DNA of 64,000 nucleotides from a virus. A program made the position numbers and the translations under genes. The notes under the pieces are model-generated. The model did no database searches and was not told the origin of the DNA. It was given only the letters and a program-made list of their open reading frames with translations. Every line of letters begins with the position of its first letter. Within the stretch, counting starts at the first letter, position 1. This document shows positions 18,998 to 28,153 of this stretch, in pieces. Where the stretch lies: IMG/VR virus record IMGVR_UViG_3300016471_000988, positions 62,791 to 126,790 of that record; one strand, written 5' to 3'.

Positions 18998-19651
18998 CTA
19001 GATTAATTTGCGATTTTGTGCAAATTCTATGAACTTATAAAACTCATTGCGAGAATTATCTTTATCATCGAGAAATGCACCGGACATTCTAGCTGTTCTC
19101 ATTGTAGAATCATGACGTATGCCGCGGTTCGAGCAGCAAGTATGGGCTGCTTCAATCATCACAGCTACGCCCTTGTTCTTTTCGCAAACTTCATCGATGT
19201 ATTTGTGTATTTGCATAGTTAGATTTTCTTGAACCTGTGGGCGACGAGAAAACCAATCCACAATTCGGTTGAGCTTACTAAGTCCAATTACTTTTCCATC
19301 CTTAGCAGGAATATATGCTACATGTGCAAATCCCATAAAAGGTGCGTGATGGTGCGAACAAAGCGACGTTACTTTGATATTAGTTTGCGCAACAATACCA
19401 TCGTACTTATCAACATTATCAAAAGCTGTTACCTTAGGAGGCTCGCTATAACACCCCCAAGCAAAATCTTCAACAAATGCTTTTGCTACTCTGTGCGGTG
19501 TATTAGCGCTATTTGGATCGTTCCTCCAGTCATATCCTAATGCATCCATATACTGCTCGTATGCTTTTGCAGCTTTTTCAATAATTTGCGCTCTTTCTTC
19601 TTGAGTATGGGGATGATTATGGTTGGCGAATTGAAGCTTCCTTTTAAACAT
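18998..19651 (-). CDS. folE: GTP cyclohydrolase I
   Basis: TPHRVAK; SLCSHH; VAYIP; GLSKLNRIV; RPQVQE; HTCCSNRG. Confidence 0.96.
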   Translation of the reverse strand: MFKRKLQFANHNHPHTQEERAQIIEKAAKAYEQYMDALGYDWRNDPNSANTPHRVAKAFVEDFAWGCYSEPPKVTAFDNVDKYDGIVAQTNIKVTSLCSHHHAPFMGFAHVAYIPAKDGKVIGLSKLNRIVDWFSRRPQVQENLTMQIHKYIDEVCEKNKGVAVMIEAAHTCCSNRGIRHDSTMRTARMSGAFLDDKDNSRNEFYKFIEFAQNRKLI

Positions 19652-19700
19652 ATACCTTATTATATGAGTAATTTTTATTAATCAAGATTAAATAACATGT

Positions 19701-21026
19701 ATGCATATAGACAGATTAATCGAAAGCACACTTAGAAATTCTAAGTTAAAGCGTGTAAGGATAAAAGTTGATCCATCTCAATTAGTTACACACGGATATG
19801 AGAATGTATCTAGCTTTGAAGGTTACGTACTCGAAGAAAATAATGCCTCGGTAAAGGTATATCTCATGAACGTTCCAAAGGAGTTTGATCCAGTGCAAAC
19901 GGTAGATGCAAAACATGTAACCCTAGCTCCTGAACAACCACCTGTACCTAATTTCAATACATTTAAACAAAAAGTTTTAAGCTATCTAGTAAACAATAAT
20001 AATGTTAGTAAAGAAAATCCTGTCTATAAGCAAATAGAAAATGCTAATAATCCTGAATTTATAGAAACGTATTTAAAGGAATTAAAATTTGATGATACAA
20101 AATTGTTACACTTATATAAACATTTGCTGTGTAATGAAAGCGTTGTAGGTGATGCATTAAAGAATGTTAGTTGGGGTACTGTTCAAAAAGGGGCTCAATC
20201 TGTTTTGAGCAATCCATTGTATAAATTAGGTAGTCTTGCTGCAAAAACTATTGCTGGTACACCCGGGCTCTTAATTGGAAAAAATAATATAATTGGAAGG
20301 ATTGCAAAGTTTATAAAAACACTGGATGTCAACGACTTAATGGCAACAGACAAAATTAAAATTCATTCTACGGAATTTGATAGTAGACCGCAGAAAAACG
20401 AAACTGTCTTAATAAGTTTCCCTTCGTCATTAAAATTGCCAAATCTACCTGTTGAAAAATATGGTGATTTTGAATATCAACTAAAAGGTGTGGTTGAAGG
20501 TAGCGTACTACGTGAGCACAAGGCAAAGGTAACTAAATTGCGAGATCTAAGCCCCGCGTGGGTCGATAGAGAGCTTACATTATCTTTAGATTTTTCTATA
20601 CTTAATAATTCTGAAAAAACTGGAACATTGATTATAGACTTTAAAGGCGGCGACACAAGTGCAAGGTTTTATAAAGTAAAAATACTTAATTACAAAAGTA
20701 TATGGATTGTCGGTGTTATTGAAAAACTAGATAGTAAGATGGTTGCGGAGGTTGGGGGTATAGGCAAGTCATTAGCTCAAGATGAGACGCTTGCTCTGGT
20801 GTCAAAGGCTTTAGAACAGTATTTAAATAAGCGATCTGTTGACAACAAAATGCTTGATGATATAATCAACTCTGTCGCAACAAAAATCTTAGACGGCAAT
20901 AGAGATAGAAACCTACAAAAATTTGATGAAGTAATGATAAAGCTAGTAGAAGATCCTAATGCTTCAAAAACAATGGATCCTTTGATGTACTTACGTAAAT
21001 ACCTAAAAGAAGCCGCATTATTATAA
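19701..21026 (+). CDS. Hypothetical late/virion protein
   Basis: 441-aa ORF; ATTAAATA 6 nt upstream; LIE near the N-terminus. Confidence 0.65.
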   Translation: MHIDRLIESTLRNSKLKRVRIKVDPSQLVTHGYENVSSFEGYVLEENNASVKVYLMNVPKEFDPVQTVDAKHVTLAPEQPPVPNFNTFKQKVLSYLVNNNNVSKENPVYKQIENANNPEFIETYLKELKFDDTKLLHLYKHLLCNESVVGDALKNVSWGTVQKGAQSVLSNPLYKLGSLAAKTIAGTPGLLIGKNNIIGRIAKFIKTLDVNDLMATDKIKIHSTEFDSRPQKNETVLISFPSSLKLPNLPVEKYGDFEYQLKGVVEGSVLREHKAKVTKLRDLSPAWVDRELTLSLDFSILNNSEKTGTLIIDFKGGDTSARFYKVKILNYKSIWIVGVIEKLDSKMVAEVGGIGKSLAQDETLALVSKALEQYLNKRSVDNKMLDDIINSVATKILDGNRDRNLQKFDEVMIKLVEDPNASKTMDPLMYLRKYLKEAALL

Positions 21027-21029
21027 ATA
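21022..21029 (+). promoter_or_regulatory. Late promoter TATAAATA
   Basis: Perfect consensus 4 nt before ATG 21034. Confidence 0.8.
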
Positions 21030-21033
21030 CTAT

Positions 21034-21300
21034 ATGCCATTAAAACAAGGATCCTCACAAAAAACTGTTGGTAAGAATGTATCGGAATTAATGCACGCGT
21101 ACAAGCACAAAGGCAAGATAGGTACATCAAAGCCATCTAGCAAAGAGGCTGCACAAAAGCAGGCTGTGGCGATTGCTTTGGGTAAAGCTGGTAAAAGTAA
21201 GAATGAGAGTGTATTTGATGTAAGAATTAATGAAATTCTTGATGAATTGTTTAAGCCTACACCCGCGGCCGAGTCTTCACCAGAAGCAAAAGATAGTTGA
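21034..21300 (+). CDS. Small basic DUF6496-like protein
   Basis: MPLKQGSSQKTVGKNVSEL ... KQAVAIAL pattern. Confidence 0.65.
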   Translation: MPLKQGSSQKTVGKNVSELMHAYKHKGKIGTSKPSSKEAAQKQAVAIALGKAGKSKNESVFDVRINEILDELFKPTPAAESSPEAKDS

Positions 21301-21340
21301 ATTATTCCGTGATTAATTTAATATACGTGTAAATACACGT

Positions 21341-22018
21341 ATGAATTATCAAAGTACAAAGACAATTGATTTAGGCAGCTGCGCATTCAGACAGTGGAGG
21401 GCTGATAGCCATTGCAAATTTATCCACGGCTATAGACTTCAAGCTAAATTTTGGTTCAATTGTTCAACATTAGACGACAAGAATTGGGTTGTAGATTTCG
21501 GTGGGTTAAAAGAGTTAAAGAGTGTCTTAGAAAAACAATTTGACCATACTCTGTGTATTGCAGCTGATGATCCTCATCTTTCGCATTTTCAACAACTTCA
21601 TGAATTAGGCGTAGCAGACTTGCGTGTTATGGAAGGTGGTGTTGGTATAGAGAGAACCGCTGAGTGGTGTTTTGAGACGGCAAACTCTCTAATAAGAAAG
21701 TTAACCAAGGATAGATGCTGGGTAGAAAAAGTTGAGGTCTGGGAGCATGACAAAAACTCCGCTATTGCTACACACGGCTATAGAACAGTACCGCAGGTCA
21801 ATCCTTATGTAAAGCATGTAGCGGAGCAGTATGAATTAAATTTTAGCAAACCAGAACCGGTAGCAACAGCTGTTGCAGCACCGGCAGAAGAGATACAAGC
21901 TGCTATACAAGAAAAAATTCAAACTGCAGAACAGAAAAACCCTATTGCTGCGCCTGTAGGCAATCAAGTCACTACGGGCTGGTCGAATCCCTTTGGTGGG
22001 ACGTCTTGGGGTCGCTAA
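21341..22018 (+). CDS. queD: 6-carboxy-5,6,7,8-tetrahydropterin synthase QueD with C-terminal extension
   Basis: SHCKFIHGY; VVDFG; FDHT; TAE; VWE. Confidence 0.88.
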   Translation: MNYQSTKTIDLGSCAFRQWRADSHCKFIHGYRLQAKFWFNCSTLDDKNWVVDFGGLKELKSVLEKQFDHTLCIAADDPHLSHFQQLHELGVADLRVMEGGVGIERTAEWCFETANSLIRKLTKDRCWVEKVEVWEHDKNSAIATHGYRTVPQVNPYVKHVAEQYELNFSKPEPVATAVAAPAEEIQAAIQEKIQTAEQKNPIAAPVGNQVTTGWSNPFGGTSWGR

Positions 22019-22730
22019 TACCCCTTACAACAGTAACAATATATTTTAGCAGCTTACTTCTTGTGATGTCGTCTTCGCTAAAGTAAAAACATTCAATACC
22101 GTTTTTCTTTGATTCGTTGGAGTCAAATGCTTTCATTATTCTATGAAAATCATCTTTATGAATATCGGATTGTCTAGAATCGCCAATAAAAAACATTTTA
22201 CAGTTTTTACCAAAACGTGTTAGTATGGTTATTAATTCGCTCTTATCTAAATTTTGAGATTCATCAGCGATTACTACACAATTTGTAAAGGTAGAGCCTC
22301 TTAAAAAATTTACCGGGATACACTTCAAATAATCGTTTTCAAACAATACATTTGTTACTTGCTTTCCGACCAGTTCATCACATTTCTCAACCAACGGTAT
22401 ACTCCATGGTTTAAATTTTTCGTCAACCTCGCCTGGTAGACTTCCTAATTTTCTACTAGCAGATTCAACAATACTTCTTATGTAAATTATTTCATCTACT
22501 CGTTTATCTCGAAGCATGGTTAGCGCTGTGTAGACGGCTAAATAAGTTTTAGAGCTGCCAGCTGGTCCATCAGCAAAAATGATATTTGTATCATCTTGTA
22601 GAACTTTTTCGACAAAAGATTTATGATGTTCATTTAGATGAAACTTTTGATCAATTCGAAAATTTCTTAAAAGATCCGTCTTAATTAACTCTTTTTCTTT
22701 GAATTTTTGGTTCTTTTTAAAAGAACTCAT
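21972..22730 (-). CDS. phoH: PhoH-like ATPase
   Basis: GPAGSSKT; LGSLPG; FLRGSTF; DESQN; GDSRQSD. Confidence 0.92.
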   Translation of the reverse strand: MSSFKKNQKFKEKELIKTDLLRNFRIDQKFHLNEHHKSFVEKVLQDDTNIIFADGPAGSSKTYLAVYTALTMLRDKRVDEIIYIRSIVESASRKLGSLPGEVDEKFKPWSIPLVEKCDELVGKQVTNVLFENDYLKCIPVNFLRGSTFTNCVVIADESQNLDKSELITILTRFGKNCKMFFIGDSRQSDIHKDDFHRIMKAFDSNESKKNGIECFYFSEDDITRSKLLKYIVTVVRGISDPKTSHQRDSTSP

Positions 22731-22782
22731 CTAATAATATTTATTCTGGAAAATCTTTATTTGTACCGTATAATAGAAAAAA

Positions 22783-22989
22783 ATGAGTTATAAAATTAAC
22801 GCTGAATTAGATGAAAGAGAGATGTACAATTTGCGGCATGTACTAGGTGAATTTAGGAGAATCACTAGAGATCATTACTATCGTTATGTGGGTACAGAGA
22901 AACAATATTCTACAAGCTCACACAACAAAGAACAGCTAGATATAGCAGAAAGCTTAATTAAAAAGCTAGTTGAAGGTTATAAAGAATAA
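22783..22989 (+). CDS. Hypothetical protein
   Basis: 68 aa; TATAAT 8 nt before the ATG. Confidence 0.55.
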   Translation: MSYKINAELDEREMYNLRHVLGEFRRITRDHYYRYVGTEKQYSTSSHNKEQLDIAESLIKKLVEGYKE

Positions 22990-23003
22990 TATATACTTGT
23001 ACT

Positions 23004-23744
23004 ATGGAAACTACTATCTTTCTCAGCGACGATAAAATCTTTTATACTATTGAAGGTGAAGGTGAGTATGTAGGTCAGCCTTCAGTCTTCATGAGACTGT
23101 CTATGTGTAACTTAACATGTAAGGGGTTTGCCTCGGCGGATTCACCTCATGGTTGTGATAGTTTTATTAGCTGGTCTGTTAAGAATAAATTTACTATTCT
23201 GGAGATTTTAGATCTTTTAGACAAAGAAAATTATACCAAGCACTTGAGGGAAGGTGCCATATGGAAAATTACTGGTGGTGAGCCGTTAATACAGCAAAAG
23301 GCCCTTCTTGAATTGGTTAGGGAATTTGCTAAGCGTAATGGATTTGTTCCTAAGATCGACTTTGAAACAAACGCAACAATTCAGCCTCTTGAAGAGTGGT
23401 CAGTATATCAAGTTACATATACAACATCACCGAAGATGTCAAACAATGGAGACCCGGAAGAGCGGCGATATAAGCCCGCTGTACTTAGATGGCACGTTAG
23501 TGCCGGTTCCGGTTTTAAATTTGTAATTAATAGTGAGAAAGACCTAGACGAAGTATATGAAAAGTATATAAACCATCCTGACGTATTAGTACCAAAGCAT
23601 AGAGTCTGGTTGATGCCGTGTTGCGGTAGCCGTAATGAGCATACAGATAAAGCTGCATTAGTTGCAGAGCTATGTAAGAAGCATGACTTTAAATTTAGCC
23701 CTCGGCTGCAACTAGTAATATGGGATAAAGCGTTAAAAGTATAG
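23004..23744 (+). CDS. queE: 7-carboxy-7-deazaguanine synthase QueE (radical SAM)
   Basis: FYTIEGEG; FMRLSMCNLTC...CDS; ITGGEP; ETN; SPK; RLQ. Confidence 0.92.
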   Translation: METTIFLSDDKIFYTIEGEGEYVGQPSVFMRLSMCNLTCKGFASADSPHGCDSFISWSVKNKFTILEILDLLDKENYTKHLREGAIWKITGGEPLIQQKALLELVREFAKRNGFVPKIDFETNATIQPLEEWSVYQVTYTTSPKMSNNGDPEERRYKPAVLRWHVSAGSGFKFVINSEKDLDEVYEKYINHPDVLVPKHRVWLMPCCGSRNEHTDKAALVAELCKKHDFKFSPRLQLVIWDKALKV

Positions 23745-23778
23745 TTGATTTTTATAATTAATAATATAAACATAGCTA

Positions 23779-23976
23779 ATGAAAGTAACTATCGATACTA
23801 GTATTAGAGGTGAAAACGGCGGCTACGAATCCTGGAAGGTAGTTCTCAACCAAGACGAACTTACGGATATTATTCGTACTGAAGGTATTGACGCAGGCAA
23901 CAAGGCCTTAACATCCTTTGTTGACAAATTTGTTGATCAATTTCGCGAAAAACTTTCCGCAGTAATTAACCGCTAA
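23779..23976 (+). CDS. Hypothetical protein
   Basis: 65-aa ORF downstream of queE. Confidence 0.55.
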   Translation: MKVTIDTSIRGENGGYESWKVVLNQDELTDIIRTEGIDAGNKALTSFVDKFVDQFREKLSAVINR

Positions 23977-23992
23977 TTATTATTTTTAACCA

Positions 23993-24000
23993 CATAAATA
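23993..24000 (+). promoter_or_regulatory. Late promoter CATAAATA
   Basis: 4 nt before GTG 24005. Confidence 0.7.
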
Positions 24001-24004
24001 ACAT

Positions 24005-24778
24005 GTGGATAACGACTCTAAAAATATAAGTTCTCTATATTGTCTTATAAAAGAGAACGCAATTATTGCACAAACAAATAACGTGTCAAACGCAGGAGGT
24101 CCTACTGCGATGAAAATAGGAACACTCAAGCTTACTGACCGTGAAGGTAAAGTTGTAGGTACATATCAATTTAGAAATGGCGGTGGTGGAAGAGGTTTTA
24201 TACCTGGCGGTACATATATTGTTACTGGACGCGAAAATTTAGCATCATCTGATGTTTTACCCATGACAGTAGATGGTGTTGGGTACAAATACCGGGTTCG
24301 CTCTTCTTCAGGTAGCACTCAAATTCCTGATCCAAGATATCCAAACGATCCAAGAGAAGGTATATTAATACATCCTGATGGTAACGTTCCGGGTACAGCT
24401 GGGTGTATAGGAATTGTAGGGAATGGTAATGTTCAGAAAGATTTTCAAACAAAAATGGACACTTTAATTCAGCAAGGCGGTGGTCAGTATGTCTTAAAAT
24501 TCGACGATCCAAGTACATCTATGCCTTCAATGTCCACGCCACCAGCAACAAACAAAGCTCCAGGTACAGAAACAGGTACAGCAGCTACTAGTACTGAGCC
24601 AGGCCAAGCTCAAAAATCTAAGGAAAAAACACCACCTGCACAGGCACCGGCACCAGTATATACGTTTGCAGGTAGAGTCTTAACCCCCGCACAAGCACAA
24701 GCCTTAGGTCCTTTTGCACAAGCCACAGTAGACCCGACGGAAATAGCTAAATTAGGAAATATCAAATATGGACGGTAA
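24005..24778 (+). CDS. YkuD/L,D-transpeptidase-fold (Tlde1/DUF2778-like) protein, late
   Basis: ILIHPDGNVPGTAGCIG (His...GC catalytic pattern); P/T/A-rich tail. Confidence 0.65.
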   Translation: MDNDSKNISSLYCLIKENAIIAQTNNVSNAGGPTAMKIGTLKLTDREGKVVGTYQFRNGGGGRGFIPGGTYIVTGRENLASSDVLPMTVDGVGYKYRVRSSSGSTQIPDPRYPNDPREGILIHPDGNVPGTAGCIGIVGNGNVQKDFQTKMDTLIQQGGGQYVLKFDDPSTSMPSMSTPPATNKAPGTETGTAATSTEPGQAQKSKEKTPPAQAPAPVYTFAGRVLTPAQAQALGPFAQATVDPTEIAKLGNIKYGR

Positions 24779-26120
24779 ATTTAGTAAATTATCTTTTAAT
24801 GATTATAGGGAATTAGAAAAAATTCTCACAGAGGCAGTTGACGAAGCAAGTCCATACGGGGAAAAAATTGAGTTATTTGGCGGTGCTATGAGCATGTCGT
24901 ATGAAATGGCGAAAAGAGTGCTGCTATTTATTTTTAAAATTTTTGATCCTACGGGTGTTTCGAGTTGGCCGGACTTCGCAAAAGCTTTAGAAAGATGGCA
25001 AAAAGAGCCAAATAAGTGGAATTTTGCATGTTTGATTGCAGCTATATTTTGTATCGTTCCAACTTTTGCTATAGATGCAGCTGTGGCAGCAGCTACCGCT
25101 GCCACAGTAGTTGGTGCTCCAGCTGCACCCGCCACCGCTCTTGGTACTCATTTGACAGTTTCAATACTTAAAGGTTGTGCTAAACTCGGTGCAAAATTCT
25201 TGAGGTATCTTCCTAAAGGAGCGCAAATTGCTGCAGCTATACAGAAGTACGGTGTCGCTGTATTAAAACAATCATCAGGTGCAGTCATAAGCGTATTACA
25301 AAAAGGTATTCAACAAGGCCATATACCAGCAAAACTTTTACCAGCTCTTAATAAATTATTTCGTAGATTGCAATTTCCAACCCGCGCCTTACAGGGAATA
25401 TTTAATATGGGCACTGATACTGCATACAAACTAGCAGGAGCAGCAGGGACCGCTGCAGGTGCGGGGGGTGGAGAAACGCCTGGTGAAACACCTGAATCAA
25501 CGCCTGCGGCGCCTGGTGAAGAGAAAATACCTTATCAACTTCCGGATGGTAGGATACTTTGGACTACAGCTGCAGCTATGCAAAGCCAAGGGATAAATCC
25601 ACCAGAAGAACCTCAAGGTGAACCAGTGTACAACGTTACGGGTCAGCCTATGACCCAGAGTCAAGCCCAAGCAACAGGTCCATATTATACTGCTGTACCG
25701 CCTACATACGGAAGAACGCGCGGAGAATATATTCCTAGAAATGTTCAGCAAGGTGCAACAACAAATTCCTTTGGAAGGCCATTTATGTCACCTGCTGAGT
25801 ATATGAGACCTGATAATTTTAACAATCCCCCAAATCTTGGCCCACAATCATTTTACAGATCACCTAACAATTACAATCCTTATGGTTATAATCAGGGATA
25901 TGGGCCAGCAGGTGCTCTAGCTAATATTGGTAACTTGCTAGGAGGTACACTTGCTAATATGGGGGCATTAGCTGGTCAAATGGCAGGAACGCCTGTTGCA
26001 GGTGTTGCAAATATGGCTGGCGGATTGTTGAGTATATTGCCGGGAATGGGAGCACCAGGGATGATGCCAAATCCTGGAATGATGGGCAATATGGGTATGT
26101 TCCCGGGTTTAGGAATATAA
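24768..26120 (+). CDS. Putative membrane-active virion/ejection protein
   Basis: FDPTG motif, long hydrophobic Ala-rich helices, and a Gly/Met-rich C-terminus. Confidence 0.55.
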   Translation: MDGKFSKLSFNDYRELEKILTEAVDEASPYGEKIELFGGAMSMSYEMAKRVLLFIFKIFDPTGVSSWPDFAKALERWQKEPNKWNFACLIAAIFCIVPTFAIDAAVAAATAATVVGAPAAPATALGTHLTVSILKGCAKLGAKFLRYLPKGAQIAAAIQKYGVAVLKQSSGAVISVLQKGIQQGHIPAKLLPALNKLFRRLQFPTRALQGIFNMGTDTAYKLAGAAGTAAGAGGGETPGETPESTPAAPGEEKIPYQLPDGRILWTTAAAMQSQGINPPEEPQGEPVYNVTGQPMTQSQAQATGPYYTAVPPTYGRTRGEYIPRNVQQGATTNSFGRPFMSPAEYMRPDNFNNPPNLGPQSFYRSPNNYNPYGYNQGYGPAGALANIGNLLGGTLANMGALAGQMAGTPVAGVANMAGGLLSILPGMGAPGMMPNPGMMGNMGMFPGLGI

Positions 26121-26123
26121 ATA
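26116..26123 (+). promoter_or_regulatory. Late promoter TATAAATA
   Basis: 6 nt before ATG 26130. Confidence 0.8.
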
Positions 26124-26129
26124 AATTAT

Positions 26130-26639
26130 ATGACACGTGATGCCAAATTAATTGCAGAGAATTACAGCAAAATATTTCTTGAAAAAGGAGCAAACCCAAT
26201 CGGCGCGGGGATGCCTGAAGGCAAAAGATTAAAAGATTTAAACAACTTCACCTCAAACCTTGTAGCTATAGACGCGTTTGAAGATAAAACAAACGAACTA
26301 TTTAATACTGCCGTAAAAACTGGATTTTTTACGCAAGCGGAAGCTGCTCAGGCTAAACAAATAATTACCGGAACAATAAGTGGTTTTCTATTGAGCTTAG
26401 TTTCATCCACGGAAATCAAGTCACCAAATCAACTTCAGCAAATGAAAAAAGCTATAGCAGACAAAATAACAGGCGTAGATGTAAAGCCAGTTTTAGCAGC
26501 AATCGACAAAATGACAAGTGCTATGGCTCCCTCGCCAGCCCCTGCTACAACACCTTCAACACAAACACCAACCACAGGCCAACCATCTGCACCAACTCAA
26601 CCAGTTCAAGCAACAACACCTACTCAGCCTACTAGTTGA
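26130..26639 (+). CDS. Putative internal virion protein with Thr/Pro/Gln-rich tail
   Basis: MTRDAKLIAENYSKIFLE start; late promoter. Confidence 0.65.
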   Translation: MTRDAKLIAENYSKIFLEKGANPIGAGMPEGKRLKDLNNFTSNLVAIDAFEDKTNELFNTAVKTGFFTQAEAAQAKQIITGTISGFLLSLVSSTEIKSPNQLQQMKKAIADKITGVDVKPVLAAIDKMTSAMAPSPAPATTPSTQTPTTGQPSAPTQPVQATTPTQPTS

Positions 26640-26668
26640 TAAATATAATTTTGTCTATAATATAACAT

Positions 26669-27364
26669 ATGCGAATCGCTTTTAGCGGTGCTGCCTCTAC
26701 AGGCAAGACAACAACTCTTAGGGCTTTTCTAGAGAGATGGCCACAATACAAGCAGCCAGAGCTTTCATATAGAAGTTTGATAAAGAATAATAAGCATAGC
26801 AAACAAACTGATAAAAAAATACAAAGAGAAATACTCGATTTCATGGTAACTCAACAGCAAGAATTTACACAGCACGATAAAATAGTATTTGATAGGTGTC
26901 CTTTAGATAATATTGTATATTCATTATGGGCCTTCGACAAAAATAAGAAAGGATTTACTGACAAATATATTGATGAATCTATAGCCTCGGTAAGAAAAGG
27001 AATGAGATCTTTGGACATTATATTCTTAGTGACACGTGACGGTATGGGACCTATAGAGCAGGATGATCATCGAGAGGTTGATGAAACATATGTAACAGAG
27101 ACAGATAATCTTTTTAGAGCTTTGACTAAACAATATTCAACTACTGGGGTATCACCTTTCTTCCCGCCTAACGATAGCCCTGCATTAATCGAAATAAGCG
27201 GTACTACTCAAGAGCGTATTGAGCAAATATCAATGTATGTAACTGAAGACGGAAACATGTACGGTGAAGAGCAGAGTCTGGTTAATATGGATGAGATTGC
27301 TAAGATGGAAAGACTGCTAACGCATCAAAAAGAAATGCTAAAGAAAGAAAAGGGCATTCTATAA
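26669..27364 (+). CDS. P-loop nucleotide kinase-like protein (AAA_28 / dNMP-kinase-like)
   Basis: MRIAFSGAASTGKTT; FDRCPLD. Confidence 0.75.
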   Translation: MRIAFSGAASTGKTTTLRAFLERWPQYKQPELSYRSLIKNNKHSKQTDKKIQREILDFMVTQQQEFTQHDKIVFDRCPLDNIVYSLWAFDKNKKGFTDKYIDESIASVRKGMRSLDIIFLVTRDGMGPIEQDDHREVDETYVTETDNLFRALTKQYSTTGVSPFFPPNDSPALIEISGTTQERIEQISMYVTEDGNMYGEEQSLVNMDEIAKMERLLTHQKEMLKKEKGIL

Positions 27365-27367
27365 ATA
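27360..27367 (+). promoter_or_regulatory. Late promoter TATAAATA
   Basis: 4 nt before GTG 27372. Confidence 0.75.
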
Positions 27368-27371
27368 ATAG

Positions 27372-27596
27372 GTGATGTTTAATAAGAAAGCTCAAAGTAT
27401 TTTAGAAAACTACGGGTCGATAAAAACCGTTACGCGGTTATTTTACCCGAGAAATTTTAATTTGTCGGATGAATTTATCAACGCTTTCCGAAAGGAATAT
27501 GCAAGGTTAAAATCATTAGGAATAGATGATAAAAGAATTCTTTTAAAGCTGAACAAAGCTTTACATTTCCATACACGGGAAACTAATAAGGCTTAA
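27372..27596 (+). CDS. Small late protein
   Basis: Late promoter; ILENY near the N-terminus. Confidence 0.6.
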   Translation: MMFNKKAQSILENYGSIKTVTRLFYPRNFNLSDEFINAFRKEYARLKSLGIDDKRILLKLNKALHFHTRETNKA

Positions 27597-28152
27597 ATAT
27601 ATTCCAGTATACAACTGTATCGAAAGTAGAAATATTAGATAGATTAGCACGTAGTACATAACCAGTGACTGGATTACCGGTTAATGATGTAAATAAATTT
27701 ACTACACCACCAGATATTGCCGCAAAGGTGGTACTGCCAAATTCTAGATTTACATCATACGCACTAAGTGTTACACCAGCAGAAACAGGAATAACTATGT
27801 TTGTACTAATATTGCTACCAGCTCGTATTGTTAGTGTCCCTGTACGATGATAGATTTTTGTATATTCTGCGTTTATAGTAGAGCTAAGAAAATTAAAAAC
27901 AGTGTCTGTGTACAGCACACTGCTTGCGGATAGCTTTGATTTTAGCGCAATTACCTCAGCACTAATGGGTGTTAAGTTGCTACTAACAGTTTCAATCACA
28001 GTATAAAAGCTAGTATTTTCTTTTTGTAAGTTGAAAAAATTAATATCTATTAAATGAGCACCATTTTCATCTTCAATAATAAGCTTATCTTCAGACTTTA
28101 CCGTAGGCATTCTGTTTAGATTATTAAAATTAACGGAATTAAAAGTGGCCAT
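27583..28152 (-). CDS. Putative structural protein, paralog B
   Basis: 189 aa; alignable by eye with the upstream 189-aa gene. Confidence 0.65.
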   Translation of the reverse strand: MATFNSVNFNNLNRMPTVKSEDKLIIEDENGAHLIDINFFNLQKENTSFYTVIETVSSNLTPISAEVIALKSKLSASSVLYTDTVFNFLSSTINAEYTKIYHRTGTLTIRAGSNISTNIVIPVSAGVTLSAYDVNLEFGSTTFAAISGGVVNLFTSLTGNPVTGYVLRANLSNISTFDTVVYWNIFKPY

Positions 28153-28153
28153 A

